IMG/VR virus record: IMGVR_UViG_3300047283_000013
Coordinates: 1 to 28,149 of that record
DNA from: a virus
Lineage: Duplodnaviria; Caudoviricetes
Strand: one strand, 5' to 3'
DNA: 28,149 nt
The position numbers and the translations under genes are program-made. The notes under the pieces were generated by a model. The model saw nothing but the letters and a program-made list of their open reading frames with translations, did no database searches and was not told where the DNA came from. Positions 15,440 to 24,600 of this stretch are shown piece by piece (the stretch's first letter is position 1; every line of letters begins with the position of its first letter).

Positions 15440-18400
15440 ATGGCTAATGAATACAACAATGCGCTGACCGAAGTTCAAAAGAAGCTTCGAAACACAAATG
15501 CCGTTGAGAAAGACTCTTCTGGCAAGTTTGTTGTTAAGTCTTCAGCAGGAGCTACCCTAGGGAGCTACAAGGACGAGGCCACTGCTAAAAAGATGGCAAA
15601 AGCCTTAGAGGCTGGTCTTGCTAACATGGTCGCTATGGCTTCTGTTGGTATTTCTGCACCTACTGCACAGGATTTGGAGAAACTTCGTAAAGAGGGTTTT
15701 AACGATAAAGATATTGCAGATGCGCTAAAAGTCCAACAGGTAAATAAAGAGATATCACAGATTACTCTTGCAAGAATGCTAGAGACTCAAGCAAAGAGCG
15801 CAGGGATATCCCCTCAGGACGTGTACAAAAACTTTGCAGGTGTTCTTGCAAACAGTGGTATCACAGAACAGAACCTGTCGGAACTTGCTGCAAAACAAAA
15901 GCCAGAGCGCCCCGAAACTTTTTGGGACAGGCAGGATGCTTTAAAAACAAAATCGACCCCAAGCACTTTGGTCACAAAACCTGCAACAACTACAGCTCCC
16001 GCTGCAAGCACTTCTTCTGGGTCGCTTATGGCTAAGCCTGTTTCGCAAACTATTACCCCTGCAAAACCTCTTCAAAACACTGTGATGGAGTCTGCCCCCT
16101 CTACGCAAACTTTTTCCTCCCCTACTCAAACTCAGGCCCTCTCTGCAGTGCCCGAACAAGTCACAGCAAAGACTAACTATGCAGGGACTACAGGCCTAGT
16201 TGACCCCACACTCACAGCACCCTCTCAGGGGATTACTTCTGGCGCTATTGAGAATGTGACTTACAAGAATGCACTAGGTCAGCAAGTTCTTGTGACTGAG
16301 GTGAGTGGACAGCCCACCACTTATGTTCCCCCGGGGTTCACTAAGGCTCAGTCTGCAGGCATGGCTGAGGGGGGTTCTGTCCCTAAAAAGACAAAAAAGC
16401 CCAACCTGAAAGAGTTCATGGATGCAACTGGGGTTGACTCAAAGACTGCAACCGAACTACTCTACGGTACTGTAGGTGCAAACTCCGATGTTAGAGACTG
16501 GAACGCCATTATGTCCAGTGGCAACCCTGTGGATGCTGCGCGCAAGGCTACTGGTGAAATGTATTCAGGCAACAGCCCTGCAACTGCAGGCATTACGGGA
16601 AACCCTAAGTACGCTACTGTTGGTGGTAATTTTGAGCAGGGCGGTGTTGTTAAGACCACGATTGACGGCAGAGAGACTTACGCCATTGTGTCTGCGGACG
16701 GACTTCTTCTCCGTGGTGCAGGGTCAAATCTTGAACGTGCTATGGAACAGGCTAAGAACTTTGGCCTTGATCGTCTGATTGGTGAGGGTTCGTATACCGC
16801 AGGCATAAAGCCTCAAACACAAGACCAACCCACTCAAACACAAGACCAACCCACACAGCCCCAACCTTCTCTGCCTAATCAAACCCAGTTGGATGCTTCC
16901 CCTGTACCTAAGACTCAGACTATTGGGGTTACTGCTCCTCAGTACAGTGGTGGGATGACTCAAGTAACTCCTACTAACCCTCAGGCAGGTACTTTCTCTA
17001 CTCCTTTGCAGACTGGCAATCTCTCTGCAGTGCCGCAGCAGGTTACAGTAAAAACTAACTACGCAGGTACTCCGGGTTTGGTTGATCCTTCTATGACATC
17101 TGCCTCGCAAAATATTACTTCTGGCGCTATTGAGAATGTGGCCTACAAGAACAGCATTGGTCAACAGGTCTATGTCACTGAGGTGAATGGCCAACCCACT
17201 ACCTATGTACCTCCGGGGTTCATCAAAGCTCAGTCTACAGGTATGGCTGAGGGTGGTGTGGTTGACCATACTCTCCAAGCAGAAGTGCAGATGGCCCGTC
17301 GCTTCCTGAACTATCAGGGGCCTGCTTCCCGTCGCGCTCTTGATGCCTTTACTGCATCCAATCCGGGTGCTGCTGCTCGTATGGGTAAATACCGTAAGGC
17401 TATGATGGCCAAGGGTGGTCTTGTTGGTATGGCTGAGGGTGGTTCTGTTAGTGGCTATGCTGCTGGTGGCTTCACCGTAAGAAGAGTTGGTGGCCGAGAT
17501 GGAGCAGATTTTGAAGTAAGGGATTCCGCGAATAAGTATGTAGGCACTTTTGGTTCAGAAGAGGAGGCAAAGGCAGAAATTGCTAAACGTAATGCTGCTG
17601 CTGCCACAACTACATCTACCACTACCCCTACTACAGGTACTCCTACGACTCCTACTACAGGTACTCCTACGACTCCTACTACAGGTACTCCTACGACTCC
17701 TACTACAGGTACTCCTACTACTCCTACTACCCCTACTACAGGTACTCCTACGACTACTCCCAATCCTATGTCACAGATGTCGTCTAATCTGATCCAGCAG
17801 ACGATGCAACCTGTGCAGGCTAATATCTCCTACCTCCAACCTCAGGCAGCAGACTTCATCCCAGTTGATGCAGGTCAGACTGTCCCTGTTGCACCTTTTG
17901 CTGAGGCTGCTACTGCCAAGGATGTACAGCAAGCAAATCTGCCTGTCGTTACCCCTGCGTCTTTGATTCAGGCTGCTAGTGCGGCAGACCAAGTTCAGGC
18001 TCAGACTGCAGCCACTCAGGCTCAACAAGGTCAAGTCTCTCAGCAGGCTCAGGTTCAGGCGGCACAACAGACTGGTGCTACTGCAGTATCTCAGCTTGAG
18101 GCTGCACAGGGTAATGCCTACTTGATGAACAACCCCCTCCAGAGGGAAATTCAGGCTGGGGAACTGATCTCGGGGTCTTCTGTTGATGCCGCAAAGGTGG
18201 AACAGCTTAATGCTAGTCTGCAGGCTGCTGAGGCTACTCCCTCGGAACAGGCTACAGTACAGGGCCAGATGGCCAACCTTATGTCTCAGTTTGAGGGTGG
18301 GAAGACACCTGCTTGGGCTGCTGGTGCTATGCGTAATGCTACTGCCATGCTGTCTGCAAGAGGTCTTGGTGCCTCCTCTATTGCTGGTCAGGCTGTCATT

Positions 18401-19387
18401 CAGGCTGCTATGGAGGCTGCTCTTCCTATTGCTCAGGTGGATGCTCAGACCCGTGCACAGTTTGAATCACAGAACTTGACAAATCGTCAACAGACTGCTA
18501 TGTTCGCTGCACAACAGAGAGCACAGTTCCTGCAGATTGAGTTTGACCAAGACTTCCAAGCTCGGGTTCAAAACTCTGCACGTATCGGTGACATTGCCAA
18601 CATGAACTTCACTGCGGAGCAGAACATCGCTCTGGAGAACAGTCGTGCTGTCAACACCGTAAACCTTCAGAATTTGACCAACCGTCAGGCTAAGGTGATG
18701 GCTGAGGCTGCTGCACTGGCTAACCTTGAAATCACTAACCTGAATAACCGTCAACAGGCTGCTGTACAGAACGCTCAGGCTTTCCTACAGATGGACATGA
18801 CCAATGTGTCTAATGCCCAGCAGACGGAACTGTTCAAGGCTCAACAGAATATTCAAGCACTCTTTACAGATCAGGCTGCGGAGAATGCTGCACGTCAGTT
18901 CAATGCTGCAAGTAAGAACCAGACTGACCAGTTCTTTGCAAACCTCTCCACTCAGACCTCTCAGTTCAACGCCTCTCAGCAGAACGCAATGGATCAGTTT
19001 AACCTGAACAGTGTCAATGCTATGAGACAATTTAACTCGGAAATTCAGCAGCAGAGAGACCTATTCAATGCTCAGAATGGCCTCGTGATTGCTCAGTCAA
19101 ATGCTCAGTGGAGACAGAATATAGCTACCCTGAATACTGCCGCACAGAACCAGTCCAACGCAGAGTTTGCTAAGACACTTAATGCCATGACTACCCTCAA
19201 CCTTGACCAAGTCTGGCAGAGAGAGCGTGATGTTATGGCCTACACATTCACTGCTTTTGAGTCTGACAAGGATCGTGCACTGGAGCTTATGCTTGCAGAC
19301 AAGAGAGAGGACTTGGCTAAGATGGCAGAGAAGAGTGCGGAAACTGCGGCTGCTGCAGAGTTCTTCTTAAAGCTGGCGTTTAGTTAA
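15440..19387 (+). CDS. Large internal virion (ejection) protein, modular N-half and Gln/Ala/Asn-rich helical C-half
   Basis: 1315 aa with an internal duplication, [MY]AxGG motifs, a Thr/Pro linker and a long Q/A/N-rich region with RGLGASSIAG. It sits in the internal-protein position after the tail genes. Confidence 0.7.
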   Translation: MANEYNNALTEVQKKLRNTNAVEKDSSGKFVVKSSAGATLGSYKDEATAKKMAKALEAGLANMVAMASVGISAPTAQDLEKLRKEGFNDKDIADALKVQQVNKEISQITLARMLETQAKSAGISPQDVYKNFAGVLANSGITEQNLSELAAKQKPERPETFWDRQDALKTKSTPSTLVTKPATTTAPAASTSSGSLMAKPVSQTITPAKPLQNTVMESAPSTQTFSSPTQTQALSAVPEQVTAKTNYAGTTGLVDPTLTAPSQGITSGAIENVTYKNALGQQVLVTEVSGQPTTYVPPGFTKAQSAGMAEGGSVPKKTKKPNLKEFMDATGVDSKTATELLYGTVGANSDVRDWNAIMSSGNPVDAARKATGEMYSGNSPATAGITGNPKYATVGGNFEQGGVVKTTIDGRETYAIVSADGLLLRGAGSNLERAMEQAKNFGLDRLIGEGSYTAGIKPQTQDQPTQTQDQPTQPQPSLPNQTQLDASPVPKTQTIGVTAPQYSGGMTQVTPTNPQAGTFSTPLQTGNLSAVPQQVTVKTNYAGTPGLVDPSMTSASQNITSGAIENVAYKNSIGQQVYVTEVNGQPTTYVPPGFIKAQSTGMAEGGVVDHTLQAEVQMARRFLNYQGPASRRALDAFTASNPGAAARMGKYRKAMMAKGGLVGMAEGGSVSGYAAGGFTVRRVGGRDGADFEVRDSANKYVGTFGSEEEAKAEIAKRNAAAATTTSTTTPTTGTPTTPTTGTPTTPTTGTPTTPTTGTPTTPTTPTTGTPTTTPNPMSQMSSNLIQQTMQPVQANISYLQPQAADFIPVDAGQTVPVAPFAEAATAKDVQQANLPVVTPASLIQAASAADQVQAQTAATQAQQGQVSQQAQVQAAQQTGATAVSQLEAAQGNAYLMNNPLQREIQAGELISGSSVDAAKVEQLNASLQAAEATPSEQATVQGQMANLMSQFEGGKTPAWAAGAMRNATAMLSARGLGASSIAGQAVIQAAMEAALPIAQVDAQTRAQFESQNLTNRQQTAMFAAQQRAQFLQIEFDQDFQARVQNSARIGDIANMNFTAEQNIALENSRAVNTVNLQNLTNRQAKVMAEAAALANLEITNLNNRQQAAVQNAQAFLQMDMTNVSNAQQTELFKAQQNIQALFTDQAAENAARQFNAASKNQTDQFFANLSTQTSQFNASQQNAMDQFNLNSVNAMRQFNSEIQQQRDLFNAQNGLVIAQSNAQWRQNIATLNTAAQNQSNAEFAKTLNAMTTLNLDQVWQRERDVMAYTFTAFESDKDRALELMLADKREDLAKMAEKSAETAAAAEFFLKLAFS
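16109..17257 (+). repeat. 267-bp imperfect in-frame duplication (16109-16375 and 16991-17257)
   Basis: TFS.P.QT..LSAVP.QVT.KTNYAGT.GLVDP..T..SQ.ITSGAIENV.YKN..GQQV.VTEV.GQPTTYVPPGF.KAQS.GMAEGG occurs twice, offset 882 bp, with no gaps. Confidence 0.95.
16812..16853 (+). repeat. 21-bp tandem repeat x2 (QTQDQPT)
   Basis: CTCAAACACAAGACCAACCCA occurs twice in tandem. Confidence 0.9.
17621..17760 (+). repeat. 24-bp coding tandem repeat, about 5 copies (PTTGTPTT)
   Basis: CCTACTACAGGTACTCCTACGACT units start at 17627, 17651, 17675, 17699 (variant) and 17732. Confidence 0.95.
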
Positions 19388-19396
19388 GGATAAGAA

Positions 19397-20116
19397 ATGG
19401 ATTACGCAAGAAGCTACATGAATACCGCTGGTCTGGCAGATCGTATCAGAGAATCAGCAACGAAAGGTGAGACTACCACTAAGGGTCTCGCGTCTCGTCA
19501 AACTGCCCGTCAACAAGGGGAAGAAGGCTTGGAGACTGTCCGTGCCAAGTACTTTAATGACATTCGTACCATGTTCTCTGAGACACTTCCTTCACAAGAA
19601 CAGAGTACCTCAGAGATTGAGAACTATCTTGCTTTTAAAGGTGGCTCCCCTATGGCCAAGAGAAACCCTGATTATTGGGAGAATGAACCCCTACTTGCAC
19701 CCATTACTGCTGCAGAAACTGACGAGAACGTGAGGGCTATCCTTGAGACTATCAAGGAAAAAGAGTCCAGTGGTAACTACAACGTACAGAACCCCACTCC
19801 GGGACAGACTGCTTCTGGAGCATACGGGTACACTGATGGTACGTGGCAGGCAATGACTAAAAAGTATGGGATTGGTACTGAGTACAAGTCTGCAAAAGAG
19901 GCTCCCCCGGAAGTTCAAGACATAGTGGCCGCAACTAACGTCAGAGAAATCTTGCTCGAAAACGATAATGATATTACCAAAGTCCCAGTTGTGTGGTATA
20001 CTGGTAATGCTCAGGGTAAGATCAGCAAAAAAGCACTAGAAGTCAACAAAGGTCTCACCCCTGCAGAGTACCAGAATGACTGGATGAGAAGATATAACAA
20101 GATGCTTGGTGGATGA
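19397..20116 (+). CDS. Virion-associated lysozyme-like / lytic transglycosylase protein
   Basis: The C-terminal domain IKEKESSGNY...ASGAYGYTDGTW...APPEVQD...WYTG matches the lysozyme-like catalytic ES motif pattern. RBS AAGGA. Confidence 0.75.
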   Translation: MDYARSYMNTAGLADRIRESATKGETTTKGLASRQTARQQGEEGLETVRAKYFNDIRTMFSETLPSQEQSTSEIENYLAFKGGSPMAKRNPDYWENEPLLAPITAAETDENVRAILETIKEKESSGNYNVQNPTPGQTASGAYGYTDGTWQAMTKKYGIGTEYKSAKEAPPEVQDIVAATNVREILLENDNDITKVPVVWYTGNAQGKISKKALEVNKGLTPAEYQNDWMRRYNKMLGG

Positions 20117-20117
20117 T

Positions 20118-20627
20118 ATGAGACAGTTTAGTGCACCCATTCCCGGTCAGTCCCTGACTGTTGAACCTAAGAACTTTCCTTGGGAAAGACCCCCAGAGAT
20201 TGTTGATCCTGAAGAAGCAATCCAGATGCACATTACCCGCCTGTCTGATCCAGAGATGCTTGAGGCTGCTCTCAACCTTCTTGAGTTTGAAGAGTTGGAT
20301 ATCCAGACGGTGACCAAGGGTATCCTCCGTGGTGCTGTGGCCAAGGGTATTCATAGCATTGATGTAGGTTTGATTGTCGCACCCATTATCCACGAGTTTC
20401 TTAAGCAGGCTGCTAAGGCAGTGGGCATTGATGCTGAGGATGGCTTTGAGGACAAGGAAGCCAAGAAGCAAAGAGATGAGTACGTGGTCACTAGCCGTGC
20501 TAAGAAGATTTTGAAAGAGATGGGCGCTAGACCCAAAGAAGTGGCCAAGGAAGTTGAGATGGAGGAAGCTCCTGAGGAAGAGGCTCCTGTGCCATCTAAA
20601 GGTCTTATGTCTCGGGGGGATATGTAA
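20118..20627 (+). CDS. Hypothetical protein, probable internal virion protein
   Basis: FSAPIPGQSLT..PK..PWERPP N-terminus and an acidic tail ending KGLMSRGDM. The start is uncertain (20106, 20109 or 20118). The stop overlaps the next ATG. Confidence 0.65.
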   Translation: MRQFSAPIPGQSLTVEPKNFPWERPPEIVDPEEAIQMHITRLSDPEMLEAALNLLEFEELDIQTVTKGILRGAVAKGIHSIDVGLIVAPIIHEFLKQAAKAVGIDAEDGFEDKEAKKQRDEYVVTSRAKKILKEMGARPKEVAKEVEMEEAPEEEAPVPSKGLMSRGDM

Positions 20628-21670
20628 TGGGTTTTTGGCAAGGGTTGAACGCAGGCTTGACCTCTGTTCTTGAGGAAAAAGCACGTAAAGAAGAGCGTCA
20701 GCAAGAGATTGACCTTCGTGCGGCTGAACGTGCAGAAGATCGTAAAGAGCGTCGTGATGCACTTAATACGGAACTCTTCGAGAGATACCGAACCACCGTC
20801 CTAGAGGTTGCAGCTAAACGGGGTGAAGAGGGGAAAGAGCAGGATAAAAAAATTAGACTTGCTGGGTCACTAGGTCTCACAGAAATGACAGTGGATGCAC
20901 TCTTGCGTTCAGGCCAGCTTGATCTGTTCCTTTCTGCCTATGAAAAGAACCAAAAAGTTGACCCTAGGTTTGTGACAGACCTCAATACTTTTATTGAAAC
21001 CCAACTTAGAGATGCGTCACCAGAGACGATTGCTGGGGCCTTAGTTGCAGGTGTCTCTACAGACAGAGATGTTACAGATCGTGACGAGTCTCAGCTTGCC
21101 ATTACAGAGGCCATCATCAGTGCATCTACTCCAGAAGAACTTGATGATCTCTATACGAAACTGCTTACGGCTGGTGAAACCTATACCCCACTGCCACGCT
21201 TTGAGGTAGACTTTGGCACTGTTGCTGGCCCCGAGGAAGCAGAGACCAAAGCCATGCGTAGGGAGATTGCAGAAGGTCTTAACACCTACTTCGCAAACTC
21301 TTTTACTGTGACAGACAGTGGGGACGTTGTTGTAAATCAGAATGCAGACTCCTCCGTGAAACAAGTCTTCAATGAAGCAGAGCGTAAGGCTAGGGAGTTG
21401 TCTTTTGGTCCTACGAGAGACTTCACCCCTACGGACGCAGCAAACTACGTGGTGACTCAACTGGAGACCGCCATTACAGGGACTCAAGGTCAAGCAAAAC
21501 CAGTTGATCTTCTTACTAACTTCGACGAAATTCTGGCAAATCCCGGGGGTTTCGTAGAAGCCTATCAACCACCCCCTATTGTAGACACCCCTGAAGTTGT
21601 CACCCCAGAAGGAAATGTAGAGGCACTTGGGGATACTGGTTTTAACTATATCGTGGAATCGACCAATTAA
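20627..21670 (+). CDS. Probable internal virion (ejection) protein
   Basis: 347 aa with amphipathic N-terminus MGFWQGLNAGL followed by a charged coiled coil. TAATG coupling at both ends. Confidence 0.6.
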   Translation: MGFWQGLNAGLTSVLEEKARKEERQQEIDLRAAERAEDRKERRDALNTELFERYRTTVLEVAAKRGEEGKEQDKKIRLAGSLGLTEMTVDALLRSGQLDLFLSAYEKNQKVDPRFVTDLNTFIETQLRDASPETIAGALVAGVSTDRDVTDRDESQLAITEAIISASTPEELDDLYTKLLTAGETYTPLPRFEVDFGTVAGPEEAETKAMRREIAEGLNTYFANSFTVTDSGDVVVNQNADSSVKQVFNEAERKARELSFGPTRDFTPTDAANYVVTQLETAITGTQGQAKPVDLLTNFDEILANPGGFVEAYQPPPIVDTPEVVTPEGNVEALGDTGFNYIVESTN

Positions 21671-24600
21671 TGACAAATTACCTTGAAGAAGTTGACGGCA
21701 AGTACTTCACTGACCTTGTTAAGGATGAAGACTTCCAAAGGGACTTGGTGAGATTCTTTCGAGGGTCTCGCTACGGCATGTCTAATGAAGAGCTTAAAGA
21801 GATTGGTCCTGATGGTCTCGCAGAGAAGTTCGTAGAGCACATGCGTTGGCAAGACACCAATGAGGTCACTGCCCTACGAGACTACAACTACGTGATGAAC
21901 AAAGAGACCCTTCCTCAGGAAGAACTAGAGTCCTTTGGTAAGCTCATGACTGCGTATGACCGGGCTGAGGGTGGTGGTACTGGGATGCTTTCTGGTGCCG
22001 CTGACTACCTCTCTGCCTTTGCTACCTCACCCTCTACGATTGCAACTGTTGGAACTGCAGGCTGGGGCAGTGGGTCTAAACTTGCGGCCAAGGCAACTGG
22101 TAAGGCTGCTCAACTTGCTCTTCGTCAGGAAATTAGTGATCTTGTAAAGAAGGGTGTGTCCAAGACAGCAATCAAAGACGCCATTGCAGGCACTGTTGGG
22201 AAGCAGGCTCTAAAGGGTGGGGCTACTTCTTTTGTTGTTGAGGGCGCTCTTGGTGCAGGTCAGGCCGCTCTACAGGGAGAGACTCGTGAAGAGGCTGCTG
22301 GTACTGAGTACACTTCCACTGACCTCCTGCGGGATGGTATCCTTGCGGGGACCATTGGTGGTACTCTGGGGTCTGCTGCAAGAGCTATGGACACCAAGTC
22401 TCAGAGAGCAGTTGTTGATAGTCTTGTCGTCAGGGACTCGGTAAATACAGCACGACAGCAAACGGCAAATAAAGCAGCCAATGATACTTTTGCTGCAGCC
22501 GACTCGGAGACTATTTCCGCTGCCGCAGACCGTGCAGTTACCATTGCCAACACTCTTAAGGCAAAGATGGAGAAGACCCAACTGGACCCCCTTGACCCCA
22601 AGCTGGTTGAGGAAGGTAACAAACTCAAGACAGAAGTCCTTATCGGCAAGGTTGATCGTAGCGTCACAGCAAACCTAAGCATTGATACTCTTCGTGGTAT
22701 TACTGCAGCCACTGTGAAGATTGCTGACACCCTTAATGTGAAGCCTAATGAGCGTATCTCGTCTGCTGTTGCTCGTGCCTTGGAAGAGGGTAAGGTTGAT
22801 GGGCAGTTCCTTGAAGATATCAGGGAGACCTATAACCTTTCTAAAGAGCAACTGTCCTACGTGTTTCTTGCAGACTTGTCTCAGGCAGGTAAGACCCTTG
22901 CAGAAGCGAGTTACATTGCCAGCAAGACTGGTCGTAAGGCAGCTAAAGAGGCTGCAGAGGCTGGTGTCTCTCGTGTCTCTGCTGATCTTGAAGCACTGGC
23001 AGGTCGTGGCCTTAATACCCTTGCGGACTCTGAGGTAGTGAGCACTACGGCAAAGGTTTACAAGGAGAAAGACACTGCGATCTCCAAAGCCTACAAGCTT
23101 GCACAAGACCTTGACGCTACCCGTATTGCCTTCATGACCTCTCAGGTTGGTACGACAGCAGCCAACACTGCTACCTCGGTCGGTAACCTTCTTATTGATA
23201 TGTCTGACCAGTTCTGGAAGAACACCATTAACACTGCTTTTGGTCGTCAAGTAGGAGACAAGGTAGAGCGGCGTTGGGTTGGAGGTACTCTTTCTACAAT
23301 TAAAGGTATGTCTTGGAACAAAACTGAAGCAAGTCTCTTCCGTGAAGTCTTCCTTGAGGAGATGCCTGAGGAGTACTCTCGATTGTTCTACGAGGCTACT
23401 CGTGCAGAAGTGGCTGCAGAAAGCTCTACCTTCCTCGCTAAGGCTGGGAGAAGTGTGAACATTCTTAACTCTGCTGTGGACTCCACTTTCAAACAGGCAG
23501 TACTCTACTCCTCTGTGGACCGCAGTCTGAGAGAGCTTAATAGGGCTGATCTCGGCACCAACCTTGGGGAGTTCTTGGCGAAGAATAAAACTCTGGACTC
23601 TTTGCCAGAGGACTTCATTACGAGAGCCGTAGACGATGCAAAGAGATTTACCTTCCAGCGTTCTTACTCTCGTGATAAGTCTGCTTTTGGACAGGCTGCA
23701 CAGGGCTTGATTACTGCACACCAGAAGATGCCTTTTGTTGTGTCTTCAGGTCTTGGTATGCCGTTCCCCCGTTACATTGCGAACCACCTAGAACACATCA
23801 ACGACTACACCCCTGTTGGTATCGCCACTGGCGGTCTGAACAAGCTTGACGGAGTTCTCTTCGGGGACACGAACAAGACTGGTGTAGACCGTGTTTCTAG
23901 ACAGCTTACAGGTGCATCCTTGATCGTGTTGGGGGCCTATACTGCCGCTCAAAAAGAGGGTGAAGTAGACTATAAGACCATTGAGACAGAGACGGGCAAT
24001 CTTGATATCTCTCGTACCGCTGGTCCTTGGTTGTTCAACTTCTATCTTGGTGACCTCTACTACCGCTGGAAAAATGACCTTCCCACAGGCGATGTCCTTA
24101 CAACAATGGCAGAGATTTCTGTGGGTACGACTGAACTGGGTTTCCAAGCACCTCTGGTAAAAGAGATTGTGGATAGTGCAAATGAAGGTGTAATGACCCA
24201 AGGTTTGGCTAGGTCTCTAGGGGACATTGGGGCCACCTTTACCTACCCCCTCACCCTGACGAGAGACTTCATTGGACAGGTCAATCCTGAAATGCTCACT
24301 ACTCCCTACACTAGAGAAGTCTTTGGCGGTAGCCTTGAGGAGCCTGAGACTTATGGGGAAGGTAATTATCTGGATGAGGTTATTCGTAGGGCCACACGTT
24401 TCCTGCCCGAAGTAGACTTTGTGCAATATGCTCAGAGCTACAACAAAAAGACAGCAATTCCTTACTACAGCCCCTTTAGTGCAACACCTGTAGGCTCTTT
24501 TGACCCTCTGTCGAAACAGTTTGGTTTTGCTGCTTCACAGAGACCTAACGAAATCCAGAAGGAAATCTCTAGGCTGAACCTCAAAGAGTTTGAACTCTAT

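Noticed and set aside
17621-17760. Short regular repeats resembling a CRISPR array
   Set aside because: The units are directly tandem with no unique spacers, are in frame within a CDS, and no cas genes are present.
22675-23721. 348-aa antisense ORF inside the 1144-aa internal protein gene (likewise 1661..2488, 20055..20762, 21041..21676, 24535..25152)
   Set aside because: These are shadow ORFs opposite well-supported genes, with no protein-family features.
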